A stretch of DNA of 64,000 nucleotides from positions 42,271,788 through 42,335,787 of the forward strand of contig JARDVH010000099.1 of the NCBI GenBank assembly GCA_030324005.1, read 5' to 3'. The translations under genes and the position numbers were made by a program. Numbering within the stretch: position 1 is the stretch's first letter; each line of letters begins with the position of its first letter. This DNA is from Negaprion brevirostris. Lineage: Eukaryota. This document shows positions 1-11,968 of this stretch, piece by piece. The notes below the pieces were generated by a model. It was not told where the DNA came from, searched no databases, and worked only from the letters and a program-made list of their open reading frames with translations.

Positions 1-254
1 ATTCACAGGTAAAGTCAGTCACTACATTCTATATTTTAAATTATACTTGGTACATTCAAATGTGCAATGCTAAATCTTAACCCATGTGCTATTATGAACA
101 TCTAATTAGATGTATTCTAACATGTTCTCTAAGTTTATTCTATCTGTACAATAATTTTAGCATTTTACTTCAATGGAAATAAATCTGGGGTGGGGTGCTA
201 ACACAAATTTTAATTTAATTAACACATTGATTATAAAGCAAAATAATATATTGT

Positions 255-500
255 CCAAGGTCTGGGACTAGCAAATCATAGGTGGCAAATTCGAATTTCA
301 CCATGACAGATTATGAAACTGAATTCATGTAATTCTGGTAATTTATAGACTAATGAACTTTTGTAAGCAAAAACCCAATTGGTTCACTCAATTTATTACT
401 CCCATCTGATTCAGCCCAAACGGGAATCCAGTTCCACACTCCCACAGGCAACTAGAGACGAGCATAAGTACTCCTGTGCCAGTGTCAATCACATTCCAAG
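255..500 (+). mobile_element. Degenerate SINE fragment with a tail related to the LINE at 670-1272
   Basis: Resembles the SINE-like copy at 15210-15445; ends gcaactagagacgagcataag...gccagtgtcaatcacattc, similar to the LINE 3' tail. Confidence 0.4.
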
Positions 501-669
501 ACCCGCAAATATTTGATTGCCTTAATCTGATATTTCTGGATTATAAATGGTAGATATATTCACAATACAATACCTGTGATAAACATGCTGCTTTCAATAA
601 TCAATAAACACCAAGTTGTATATGTCACATACAGAAAATGTTTCTTAGTTTATTACATCTTTGAACCAC

Positions 670-1272
670 TCCTATCAACATCCTGGGGTTAACACTGAGC
701 AGAAATTGGGCCATCCATAAAAACAGTGTGGCAACAGAGCAGGTCAAAGATAGGGAATTCTGCAACAGGTAAATTCACCTTCTGTCTCCACAAAAGTCTG
801 CCCATCACCTACAAGGCACAAGCCAGAGTGTGATAAAATAATCGCCACATGCCTGGATGAGAGCAGCTCCCACAATGCCCAAGCTCAATATAGGTCAGGA
901 CAAAGCAGGCCACTTGACAAGCTTAAACATTCACTCCCTCCACCGCCAATACAGTGGTAGCAGTGTGTACCATCCACAGGATGCACTGCAGGGACTGACC
1001 AAGCCTCATTTGACAGCACCATCCAAATCCACAATCTCTACCACCTAGAATTATAAGTGCAAGACACATGGGAAGACCACCACCTGCAAGATCCCTTCCA
1101 AACCACACATCATCCTATCTTGGAACTGTACCACTGTTCTTTCACTCTTGCTGGATCAAAATCACTTCCTCATAGCACATGGGTACGCCTGCACCAGATG
1201 GACTGCAGCAGTTCAAGCTCACCATCACCTTCAAGGATAACAAATGTCAGCTTTGGCAGCAATGCCCACATT
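670..1272 (+). mobile_element. 3' fragment of a CR1/L2-group LINE (family distinct from HER1)
   Basis: Degenerate ORF2 end (TYKAQ.RV..YSP.AWM.AAPT...QDKA) plus 3' UTR. Homologous copies at 4865-5110(-), 20660-20980, 25790-25975, 39770-40240 and 42488-43395. Confidence 0.75.
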
Positions 1273-1954
1273 GGGGATTTTTTTGGTATTCTTTCACAGA
1301 GAAAATGTACAACAAAAGGTCTGTCTTTGCACTAGAAAAAGAACTGAAAAACCAAGTACAATTCTCATTTTGAGTGAAGAATTACAAAACAAGCAGTAAT
1401 TCTCCACTCAGGAATTCAAGTCATGTCAGAGTTTGAATCAAGACTGAACTGTGGTATGGAGCAGTCCTTTTGGTACAACCAAAACCGCATCAGCAAGCAA
1501 GTTATTGGTGTGTGGTCTTTGCAGAACTGATGATGATTGGAAATTGGCTATTGAACAGTATTTGACCTGCTTTGTTGCAGTACAAGTCTGAACCAGTATA
1601 TCTGATACAGAACAAATAATTAAAACTAAAAGCTTTAATTTTGTATATGTCTATACAAAGACATATTGTATGTCTTTAATAAAGATGCATGATTGTTAAA
1701 CATAGAGTTATTTGAAAATGTCAAAGAAAATGATAGTGCACTTCCATAATGTGTTCTCTCCTCAAACATTCCTAATTGAGATAAAAACCTGAATAAAAAA
1801 GCCCAAGGTATAACATTGAGCTTCAATAAACAATTCCAAGTTGGGAAGTTTTGAAAGGCTTCATGCAGGGTTCAATGCTTGGGATATATACTTTTCTCAT
1901 CTTCATTCCTGTCCTGAATATTGAAGTGAAATACAAGCTGCTCAAACTTAACAG

Positions 1955-2665
1955 CACTAACATAGGGAATGATAGAAGAGGTAAAAGCCATTCAACCCCT
2001 CAAGTCTACTGTGCCATTCAATATGATCACGACTGATCAGCAGTGGAGAATTCCAAAGATTAATGATTGAGAGAAGAAATTCTGCTCATTTATATACTGA
2101 AGGGGAGAACTCATTCTAAAATGGTGCCTCCCTTGCTCTTGATTCCCCTACAAGAGAAATCATTCTTTCAATATCTAGCCAATCAGGCCCCTTAGAATCT
2201 TTTGTTTCAATATGGTAACCTCTTATTCTTCTAAATTCCATGCGTTTACGCCCAATCTTTTCTCTTGATATTATCTTCATCCCAGAAATCAACCTAGTGT
2301 ACCTGCTCTGAACAGCGTCCAATATATGTACATCCCTCCTTAAATAAGGATACTAAAACTGTAAACAGTCCTCTAGGTATGTTCTCATCAATACCCTATG
2401 CAATGGTAAGTCTGACAACATCAGGTTAAAGTCCAATAGGTTTATTTGGTAGCAAACGCCACTAGCTTTCGGAGCGCTGCTCCTTCGTCACCTGACACAG
2501 GAGCAGTGCTCCGAAAGCTAGAGGTGTTTGCTCTCAAAAAACCTGTTGGACTTTAACTTGGTGTTGTCAGACTTCTTACTGTGTTTATCCCAGTCCAATG
2601 CCGGCATCTCCACATCATGACTATGCAATGGTAGCAAGGCTTCCCTACTTCTATGTTGCGCCCTC
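1955..2665 (-). mobile_element. CR1/HER1 LINE 3' fragment interrupted by a Penelope mini-element
   Basis: Minus-strand ORF MDAVQSRYTRLISGM...EFRRIRG is typical of the CR1 ORF2 C-terminus; CR1-type 3' tail at ~1960-2040. Confidence 0.8.
2409..2620. mobile_element. Non-autonomous Penelope-derived element made of an inverted pair of terminal repeats, with a 13-bp TSD
   Basis: 2409-2490 is the reverse complement of ~2491-2574. Flanked by ctatgcaatggta at 2396-2408 and 2621-2633. Confidence 0.8.
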
Positions 2666-2682
2666 CTTGCGTTCTGGAACTC

Positions 2683-2815
2683 TCCACTTGCCTGACGAAG
2701 TGGCAAACCCTGAAAGCTTGAGAGATTACTATCAAATAAACCTGTTGGGACTTTAACCTGGTGTTGTCAGACTTCTGTGTTTACCCTCGTCCAACGCCGG
2801 CATCTCCACATCATC
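2683..2815 (+). mobile_element. Penelope-like terminal repeat copy
   Basis: ctgacgaag...gaaagcttg...aaataaacctgttgg(g)actttaacctggtgttg...gccggcatctccacatcat, the same family as 2409-2620. Confidence 0.75.
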
Positions 2816-2985
2816 GCCCTATCCTGTACTCACAGCATGATGCTGTTTTTAAATGTAGATGCCCTAATTGTTCAGAACTTGATTAGCACCCAAGTTATGG
2901 AACCAAGCACCTCCTGAAGATGGAAGCTGCTTGCAGAGCACCAGCAAAGGCAGATGGCAACCTTGTTGGGGGCCTCTTCAGCCAA

Positions 2986-3305
2986 GGGCGGCAAGGTGGC
3001 ATAGTATCCAGCACTGCTGCTTCACAGCACCAAGATCCTGTGGTCAATTCTGGCCATTGGTGACTGTGTGGAGTTTGCATATCCTCCCCGTGTCTGCATG
3101 GGTTTCTTCTGGGTGCTCTGGTTTCCTCCCACAATTCCAAAAGCTTGCAGGTTAGGTGGACTGATCATGCCCCTTAGATTAGCAATGATAAATGTGTGAG
3201 GTTTCAGGGACAGGGTTAGGAAGGGGCCTGGATAAAATACTCTTCAGAGAGCTGATGCAGACTCGATGGGCTGAATGGCCTCCTTTTTGCACTGCACGAA
3301 TTCTA
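2986..3305 (+). mobile_element. HE1-like tRNA-derived V-SINE
   Basis: gggcggca.ggtggc head, V-domain gtgtggagtttgca...gggtttc...ggtttcctcccaca, and CR1-type tail gatgggctgaatggcctcct...gcactg. Confidence 0.85.
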
Positions 3306-4194
3306 AAGAGATGGAAAGGGCAGGCAGCTCCCTACAGGGAGCATTGCATCAATGAGGAAGAAAGGGGGTTTAATCAGAAAAATGAAGGTTTTGTACTTGC
3401 ATTAACACAGCGTTAACTAAATAGACAAAACAGATGGACAAAAACTTTACTTAGCCCCACAGTGACCGTGACAGCAGTGCTGCTTCACTGAAATAAAGTT
3501 CAAGAATTCAATTTTGCACCAACAGGCCCCTTAACAAGCTCCTTAAAGGAATCTGAAGGCTCCGCAACTAGAGGCAAGCAGATGCCCTGTTCCTCCCCCG
3601 CCAGTCTTTCAATATTACAAACTGACCAAGGGCACTGGGATTCCAAGATGATTGTGAGGACTGTAATTATGAAATTGCACCCACAACAGGCTCCCCACCT
3701 TACACTCCTCACAACTTGCTTTCCTAGTTATCTTTATCCTGTCAGCAAACTTGGCAACAATACATGTGGTCTCTCAGCCAACACATTAATATAGATGGTA
3801 AATAGTTGAGGCCCCAGTACTGATCCCTATGATACAACACTAATCAAGCTTTGCAAACCTGAAAATGACTCATTTATCTTGACTTTGTTTTTTGTTGTTA
3901 GCCATATCCCTCTATACTAATCTTACCCATTGGGTAAGATTGGTATAGAAGGCTATGGGCCAAACATAGGCAATTAGGGCTAGCTTAGTGGTTAAACAAA
4001 AAGCAGCATGGACAAGTTAGGCTGAAGGACCCATTTCCATGCTGTAAACCTCTATGACTCTAATTTGCTACCCACGCTAATATTTTGCTCCTAATACAAA
4101 GCTCGTAGCTTGTGTAGTAACCTTTTAAGTGGCACGTTATTGGATGCCGTTTGGAAATCCAAATAGAATAGTTCTACTGGCTTTCCTTTATTCA

Positions 4195-4625
4195 CAGTAA
4201 GAAGCCTCACAACACCAGGTTAAAGTCCAACAGGTTTATTTGTTAGCACAAGCCACAAGCTTTCAGAGCGCTGCTCCTTCATCAGGTGAGGGGAGTTCCG
4301 TTCACAAACAGGGCATATAAAGACACAAAACAATTTACAAAATAATGGTTGGAATGTGAGTCTTTACAGGTAATCGAGTCTTAAAAAGGTACAGACAATG
4401 AGTGGAGAGAGGGTTGAGCACAGGTTAAAGAGATATGTATTGTCTCCAGCCAGGACAGTTAGAGAGATTTTGCAAGCGCAGGCAAGTCGTGCGGGTTACA
4501 GGTAGTGTGACATGCACCCAAGATCCCAGGTTGTTTGGAGCACTGCTCCTTCATTAGGTGAATACCCACTCACCTGATGAAAGGGCAATGCTCCAAAAGC
4601 TCATAACCAAATTTGTTGTGAGCCT
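4195..4625 (-). mobile_element. Penelope-like element 3' end and terminal repeat
   Basis: Reverse complement of the GIY-YIG end (...DLG.MSHY) seen at 10285-10320, followed by the 3' UTR and a terminal repeat with a hammerhead core at 4254-4288; extra inverted repeat at ~4535-4600. Confidence 0.8.
4254..4288 (-). ncRNA. Minimal type I hammerhead ribozyme motif (Penelope-associated)
   Basis: Reverse complement reads CAC-CUGAUGA-A-GGAGC-AGC-GCUCU-GAAA-GC-UU-GUG. Confidence 0.55.
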
Positions 4626-6199
4626 GATAGTAGTATGAATTTCTAAACGCCCAATTATTACTTCCTTAATCTTGGATTCCAACATTTTGCCAATGATAGA
4701 TGTTGGGCTAACTGAAGTTTCCTGTCTCTTTCCTCTCTTGAACAGAGGCATTACATTTATGGTTTTTCAATCTACCGGGACCTTTGCAGAAGCTAAAAGA
4801 ATTGTCAAACATTGTAACCAATGTATAGCCACTTTTTAAAAAAAAGTATTTTTAGGATATAGGCTATCAGACTGGGCCAGTCCTACTTGCCCTTGCGAAG
4901 GTGGTGGTGAGCTATTTTCTTGGACCGCTGCAGTCCATGTAGTGCAAATACATCAATAACACTGTTAGAAAGACAGCTCCAGGATTTTGACTCAGCAACA
5001 GTGAAAGAATGGCAATATAGTTCCAGTCAGAACGGCGAGTGTCTTGGAGGGGAACTTGCAGGTGGTGTTCTTCTCATGCATCTGTTGTCTCATGTCCTTT
5101 TAGGTGGTAGAAATAATTTCTCATTACTGCACTGATCTTATCCTATATAAGATTACTCTAACTCTTTTTCCTTCAAATGTCAAATACCTTTGAATGGTCA
5201 GTTCCCAGCCTTGATCACTTTTCTGCAATTGCTATATCAAACCTACTTATTTTGTATTCTTACCATCAATTCATCAATCTTGTCATGAATGCTTTGTGTA
5301 TTCAGTTAAAGAGCCTTAAATTCTGTCATTTTATAATTTTTCCCTACTTGCTAGTGCAGTCTTGTGTTTGTATGTTTTGTCCTTTCCAGTCACAGTCTGG
5401 TTATTATTATCTGTGTCAATTCTCTGCATTATTGCCTTGTCTTTACTTATACATTTTCTAAACCTATCCAGACCACTTAGTTTAAAGTCTTCTCCACAGC
5501 CGTAATTTGATTTGCCTGGATACTAAACCTGGCAAGTCAAGTTCAAGAGAAACTCATGCCAATGGGACAGTTCACTCTTCCCTCATTACTGGTGCCAGTG
5601 CCCTATGAATCAAAACCCAATTCTCCCACATCAATTTTTGAGCCATGCACTCAACTATCTGATCCCATTGGTCATAGACTAATTTTCTCGTTCCTCAGGT
5701 AGCAATCCAAATATTACCTTTGTGCTTCTGCTCTTTGATTTAGTACTGAACTGCTCATACTCACTCAACTGATGTTGTTGGTGGCCAAATGGATCAGGCC
5801 CAAGAGGGATGATATACTAATGACTTTGTGTACGAATACTGTAAGAACCAATTAAAAAAGACGATTCTGGATATATAATCAGATCATTAGAGTGTAAAGA
5901 TACTGGAGTGTACTTCGGGAACATGTATGAATACTTGAGGGATAACAAAGGGGAAAAGATATACAGTGAAAAGGAATAAGTGACAAGGATTATTTAAATA
6001 AACCCAACTGTTTAACCTAGAAATGGAGAGACCTCTTAAAAACACAAAATATTAAATGGTGGAAAGATATTGCCTTTCAAACATTTCTCTTTAGCCTTAA
6101 TTTGAAACACCGGATTCTGGGTAGAATCTTTACAATTTCTTTTATGTTCAGNNNNNNNNNNAGAAAAGTGACTAATGGTTTTTATTTTGAACTGCAATT

Positions 6200-8720
6200 C
6201 CACTTTGTACTCAGAATTTTTCACATTCCTGTGTTGCTGCCAATGCTTCTATTTTGATTGTGGTGTGTGTTTTTGTTCTGTCTCTGATAACTTCGAGGCA
6301 CAGTAAAATGGTTTCGGTCTGCCATCACTCTGCACCTGAAATAACACTGCTGCAGACCTGTTGACAATATATCTGCTACTACGGCTTGTAATTCTGGGTC
6401 GTCATGTGCCAAAATTTCAGGGGAGATTAAAAAGTTCAATATTTTCAAAAGCATTTTGCTAGCCCACATTCCAGACTACTACTGACCCCTTCTCAGTTGT
6501 CTCAAAATACTCGTGGATCTCTGCAAAATTTGATAGGAACTTGTCTAATTAATTCTTGAAGAATCATTGAAGCTCAGTAATGTTCTTGTGGAAGCTGTTT
6601 ACTTTTGTTCTTTGTGAAACAACTGTAATTTCAGTAGTTATACTACGTGACCTAAAATTTTAATCCTAGGTTTAGCTCACGTTGTTCATTCAATATTAGG
6701 CCTGCATTGTCTTAGATCATGCTCTTCTCTCATGGAGGCATGTACAAGGGTATGTCATCCATATGGCATATTATCATGCCTTGTAGGATCAGACATTGCT
6801 CTATGGAAAATTTTAGGAGTGAATGTAATTTTAAATGGTAATCCAGTAAAAGAATAATGACAATTGTACTACAAATGTGGCCAGCAGTCTGGATTCTTTG
6901 TCCAGAGGCAGCTGCCAAAATCCACTATTTGCATCAAATATGGTACACAAGAGTATCCTTACAAGTTTGGTGATATTCTCATCCACTGAAGTCACTGGGT
7001 GGATCTCACATTCCACTGTTTGTTTAGTTGAGTTAAATTCACACAGATTCTAATACAGCCATCTGGCTTTTGGATCATGACCATTGCTGTCTACCATTTT
7101 GTTGCATGGTGATCAATGAGATAGCTCCTTGCTGTTGATGCCATCCTTGACTGACGCATGCATGTACGCTTTCCTGTGTCAAGAGGCAAACTGATTTAGC
7201 ATCAGCCCTCAGAGGTAGGGTATTTGGTCCTTTGTTTTCCGAGGCCTGTCAATACTTTTGAAAATTCATTTCAGAATGGACTTCTGCGATGCTCATCAAC
7301 TGCATAGTTTCAATTTTAAGCATACCTTTGTTTATTAGAGGGCATTCTTGATTTTGAAATGACAGTAAGGTTTGAAGATTTCTCTTTTTATACTGCAACT
7401 TTTACATGAGTTGGCCTTTAACTTTCAACGTTGTCTCACCAGAACTCTAATTTGATAGATGGAGGTGCAATGTAATCTGCTTGAGCTATTTTACTTTGTC
7501 TGATTGCGCCTGTTTAAATTTTAACTCTATGGGATGCTTATCTGTTTGCGTTTCAGACTCAGTCTTTATTTCCAGTTTCATTTACCTCCCCTTGAATCTG
7601 CCACTTGCTGTATTTGACTCTGCTTTAGTGTTTTCTACTTCTTTAAAATTTCGTCAGCATTTTTGGGTGACAGTTTTGAAAGGTTTTTCCTTCCAATTGT
7701 GACACTGCTCCTTCTGCGAGACATTTTTCTTGCTGTGTTGGTTGTTCCCACCACATAAAAACATAAGAAATAGGAGCAGGAGTAGGCCATCTAGCCCTTC
7801 GAGCCTGCCCCGCCATTCAATAAGATCATNNNNNNNNNNNNNNNNNNNNNNNNNNNNNNNNNNNNNNNNNNNNNNNNNNNNNNNNNNNNNNNNNNNNNNN
7901 NNNNNNNNNNNNNNNNNNNNNNNNNNNNNNNNNNNNNNNNNNNNNNNNNNNNNNNNNNNNNNNNNNNNNNNNNNNNNNNNNNNNNNNNNNNNNNNNNNNN
8001 NNNNNNNNNNNNNNNNNNNNNNNNNNNNNNNNNNNNNNNNNNNNNNNNNNNNNNNNNNNNNNNNNNNNNNNNNNNNNNNNNNNNNNNNNNNNNNNNNNNN
8101 NNNAATACAAGTTTCTGTGGACGCTGAAATGTGCATCAATTGCTTGCAGGACTTAGAGGAAACATAGGAGACGGCCTTTTGGCCCTTTGAGCACTTCTTC
8201 GTAAGAAGTTGAAGTCTCATCAACTCTCTGCCTTGCTGTCACGTTGTCAGCAATAGATCTTTTTTCTTTTGTAAACCAGAAGTAGTTCTATATTTCATGG
8301 GCTTCCAGTTATCTCAGTTTTTGGCCATCATGAGCCTTCAGTGTTCCAAAATGGTTCTGCAAGTACAGTGTGGTTTCCATGCTTTGTCTGAGCTTTGGAA
8401 TTGTTTGTTTCACTGGTGCTGCCTGTTGCTTTGGGTCTGTGCTCACTGCTGTCCAGACTCCAGGTTTGCATGTCTCAACTTGCATCTTCTGCATCCGGGA
8501 TGCTCCAACTATCTGGTGAGTCTTGAATCTGTTCCCTCTTTCCAAGATTGCTGACTTGCTTGGTCTGTAGTAGATCAGGGTTCTTTAGGGTTGGTCTGAT
8601 CTTTCAAAGTAAGCTGCTCGAGATTATAGTTTGTAAAGCCATAACTCTATTTACACATTGGGATTGCTGCACAAAGTTGAAACTGCTCCCTCCATATCTC
8701 TTTCTTAATCATCATGTGAT
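6200..8720 (-). mobile_element. Decayed Gypsy/Ty3 LTR retrotransposon gag-pol relic
   Basis: RT motifs IFDANSGFWQLPLDKESRLLATF (6831-7016 ORF) and CHMDDI (6730-6918 ORF); gag-like sequence further upstream on the minus strand; many stops and frameshifts; a CR1 tail is inserted at 7755-7830. Confidence 0.8.
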
Positions 8721-10164
8721 ATTATATCACCACCACGTGCTACTTTGCTCTCACTCCCTTACCTTGGGACTCTGAAGGTATTGCATCATCCTTATTGCTG
8801 CCCAGATGAGATCAGCCAATTTAATGTATCAGAACTAAACCTGAGATTGGTCTGCAAATACAGCACCCTGACTTTAAAAAATGCAACTTACTTATCTCAT
8901 TATTTCCTTACTCACATCTTTGATTTCAAACATTGATGGAGTGTTTGGGGATAACAGTCTTGTATTGATCCAGCTAAAATTAATCTTTGGCTGCCCATTA
9001 TTGCTAACCACATGCATAGTTTTTTTCTTCTCAACTCTACAAGTTTGTCAGCAAAGACAGGGCGGTGCTGAAGTAAACAGAACTAATCTGAACAGTAAGT
9101 ATTGAGGTCTGAGTCACCACTGAGCAAATGTTTGGCATTTAATGCTAGACTTACAACACAGACACCAACATGCAAAGTGTTAACATTAAATGTAATGAGG
9201 GAGCAATGCACCTCAAAAATTCCCATTAGATTAGCCAGAACACCAAAATGCCTTGAAAAAAGTGTAGACGAACTCCTGGTCAATTTAACTATGGTTTGCA
9301 TTTTTTGCTCGTCTGTCTTAAAGCTTCTTGGTATTGGGAGATTTTAAAATGGCTGAATGATTTATTTACAATGATTATGTGGCATTTATCAGAAAGTTAA
9401 AGTCACTCTCCCAATTCTTGGCCTGGATTTTGCAGTCAGCAGTGAAGCAATGGTGGTCACTATTGTGCCCCACAACTGAACAGCCTCAGATAGCGCTCAT
9501 GTATACATTTGTCATCACCTCCTGTAGGTATTGGAACCAGCAGCAACAGTTAACACAGCACTCCAGTCATCCTACACAGGGCATCTACACCAGTGGGCAT
9601 GCAGACTCCTCTACAGAACAATACTGCAAACCCTGCATCCACTGAGCACAGACAGAATGCTCCAGTTTGTCCACCCTGAGAAAGTCGACACCACTACCAA
9701 CTGACAAAACTACACATCTTGGTGTTTGAGCAAACCAAACACATGGTTCCATCAAGGACTAGCCTTCAAATCTCATGTACCTACAACAAAAAGTGGAGGA
9801 GAGAAAAGGAGATGTGATGGGCTATGCATCAGCTTAATCTATGCCTCACCATGTTATAGTTATGCATTGTTAGCCTGTTTAATTTGTACATTACAAAATG
9901 GCATACACAGACCTAACTAAAAGAGGAACGTGGAAACTGAGGTGATGAAACAGGGTCATGTGTCAACCACTTGGAAGTTGTCCCTAGGAGGGCAGGCAGA
10001 ATACAAGCATGAAGTAGCTGTTTGTTATAATTCTGGCACCAGTGTCTGGGAACTCAACACATTTACAACAGTAACCAAGGAAGGTATTATTGGGGTAGAT
10101 GTGTTTTCTTCAGACATGGTTTTAGCAGCTGTCGCAAAAACCAAGAACCAGCAACTGGTTATCC

Positions 10165-10492
10165 TGGTCACAGGCATTCAGCCTCTGATCTTCAGGTAAA
10201 TATTCTCCAAGGCAGGTTTCACAACACACAACAGGGTCGCTGAGCAGAGACTCACAGCCAAGTTCCACACACGAGGGCAGCCTCAACCAGGATCTTGGGT
10301 TCATGTCACACTATTTGTAACCCCCATGACTTGCCAGGGCTTACAACATCTATGGTTTCACTTTCTGTCCTGTCTGGAGACAACACACATCTCTTTAACC
10401 AATGCTTAATGCTGTCTGCACCTTTTAAGACTAGAATGTGAGTCTTTATAGCTAATCAAGTCTTAAAAGGTGCAGACAATGTGAGTGGAGAT
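10165..10492 (+). mobile_element. Penelope-like GIY-YIG C-terminal fragment with an inverted 3' segment
   Basis: Frameshifted HSASDLQVNILQG...VAEQRL.AKFHT...LNQDLGFMSHYL*; 10430-10492 matches the opposite-orientation sequence seen at 4350-4410. Confidence 0.75.
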
Positions 10493-10962
10493 NNNNNNNN
10501 NNNNNNNNNNNNNNNNNNNNNNNNNNNNNNNNNNNNNNNNNNNNNNNNNNNNNNNNNNNNNNNNNNNNNNNNNNNNNNNNNNNNNNNNNNNNNNNNNNNN
10601 NNNNNNNNNNNNNNNNNNNNNNNNNNNNNNNNNNNNNNNNNNNNNNNNNNNNNNNNNNNNNNNNNNNNNNNNNNNNNNNNNNNNNNNNNNNNNNNNNNNN
10701 NNNNNNNNNNNNNNNNNNNNNNNNNNNNNNNNNNNNNNNNNNNNNNNNNNNNNNNNNNNNNNNNNNNNNNNNNNNNNNNNNNNNNNNNNNNNNNNNNNNN
10801 NNNNNNNNNNNNNNNNNNNNNNNNNNNNNNNNNNNNNNNNNNNNNNNNNNNNNNNNNNNNNNNNNNNNNNNNNNNNNNNNNNNNNNNNNNNNNNNNNNNN
10901 NNNNNNNNNNNNNNNNNNNNNNNNNNNNNNNNNNNNNNNNNNNNNNNNNNNNNNNNNNNNNN

Positions 10963-11013
10963 GTAGGTGAAATCTACTTTCCAAATCTGCGATCCATAAC
11001 CGATTCTAGACAT
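10963..11013 (-). CDS. CHAC2: CHAC2 (glutathione-specific gamma-glutamylcyclotransferase 2), start of coding exon 1; the remainder falls in the N gap 10493-10962
   Basis: Translates MSRIGYGSQIWKVDFTY versus the vertebrate CHAC2 N-terminus MWVFGYGSLIWKVDFPY (12/17 identical). It lies head-to-head with ASB3, as in the mammalian locus. Downstream exons were not found in 1-10492. Confidence 0.75.
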
Positions 11014-11350
11014 GTCTGTACACCCACCCCACGATCACTGGCTCCCGTGTCGGGACACGACGCTGCTGAGCGACCCTGGCCACCACACCGTTAGCCAAAT
11101 CCCTAACGGCGGGGCCTCGCCCAAGAGGCCTGACGGGAAGTGAAGTTCCGTTTGTCACCTGACCTCCGGATCAATTCCCAGCAGGCCCCGCGCGCCGTCC
11201 GCCTCTGATTGGTTCCCCCTTAGCGTCAGCCAATGATTGAAGGCCATGCGGGAGCCAATCAGCTCCCAGGCACCGGGGCGCGCATGCGCAGGAGGGACGG
11301 CGATCGGAAGGCGAGTTGTGTGAAAGGGACCAGGGGGGCAGGCCGGAGGT
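11014..11350. promoter_or_regulatory. CpG-rich bidirectional promoter shared by CHAC2 and ASB3
   Basis: Most CpG-dense stretch seen in the window. CCAAT boxes at 11208-11212 (ATTGG), 11230-11234 and 11255-11259; NRF1-type GCGCATGCGCA at 11280-11290; ETS-like GGAAG/TTCCG motifs near 11135-11150 and 11305-11310; no TATA box seen. Confidence 0.75.
11295..11348 (+). other. ASB3: Putative non-coding first exon of ASB3 (start approximate)
   Basis: Immediately downstream of the NRF1 motif; candidate donor GAG|gtgatg at 11349. The first coding exon has an acceptor only 9 nt before its ATG, so an upstream exon is needed. Confidence 0.35.
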
Positions 11351-11537
11351 GATGGTCCATACCTGAGGAGTTAACCAATTCAGGCAGGAGGCTTTATCTT
11401 TATGCTGTTCAGTTTGGCTGTAATTTTGATGCGAAGTAAAAATTTGGGGAGTTTTGCGTTTGGGAAGATTCTTGTCACCTTTGCTCCTTCACAAGTCTGC
11501 AGCGGATTTCAGATCTGCGTTAAACCATTTGCCAGCG

Positions 11538-11874
11538 ATAGAAATTAGGGAAACCCTACAGTGCAGAAAGCGGCTATTGGGCCCATCGAGGCTACACCGA
11601 CCGCAATCGCACCCAGGCCCTACCCTCACATATTTACCCGCTACTCCCTCTAACCTACGCATCTCAGAACGCTAAGGGGCAATTTAGCATAGCCAACCCA
11701 CCTAATCCACACACCTTTTGACTGTGGGAGGAAAATGGAGCACCCAGAGGAAACCCATGTAGACACGAGGAGAATGTGCAAACTCCACACAGACAGTGAC
11801 CCAAGCTGGGAATCAAACCCAGGTCTCCGGAGCTGTGAAGCAGCAGTGCTGACCACTGTGCTACTGTGCTGCCC
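11538..11874 (-). mobile_element. HE1-like V-SINE
   Basis: Full head, V-domain and CR1-type tail in reverse orientation. Confidence 0.85.
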
Positions 11875-11930
11875 ATAATTATTGTTATTACAAATAGCAC
11901 AATTATTATTGTTATTACAAACAGCACAAT
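11875..11930. repeat. Tandem duplication of ~27 bp
   Basis: attattgttattacaaatagcaca followed by attattgttattacaaacagcaca. Confidence 0.8.
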
Positions 11931-11968
11931 CCTGTGGGTGCTGGAAAACTGTAGGCGAAATGGAAAAT

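Larger units (their letters stand above)
3790..4860 (-). mobile_element. CR1 LINE RT fragments interrupted by a Penelope element
   Basis: Minus-strand PLFKRGKRQE...SIIGKMLES.IKEVI resembles CR1 RT; further RT-like pieces at 3790-3915 and 4080-4195. Confidence 0.7.

Noticed and set aside
2409-2815. CRISPR-like or prokaryotic repeat array
   Set aside because: The repeats are dispersed Penelope terminal repeats in a eukaryotic intron context, with no regular spacers or cas genes.
3451-3487. Minus-strand exon-like segment (tttcag...gtaaag) as CHAC2 exon 2
   Set aside because: 37 nt, stops in two frames, and the open frame (KQHCCHGHCGA) is unlike CHAC2 PGRVVTLVEDP.
7654-8223. Long ORFs in the track that span N runs (also 10456-11013, 26371-26894, 29298-29878, 31228-31614, 54781-55206)
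   Set aside because: Their length comes from gaps translated as X; the flanks are mostly repeat sequence. Only the CHAC2 start and short TE-derived peptides are informative.
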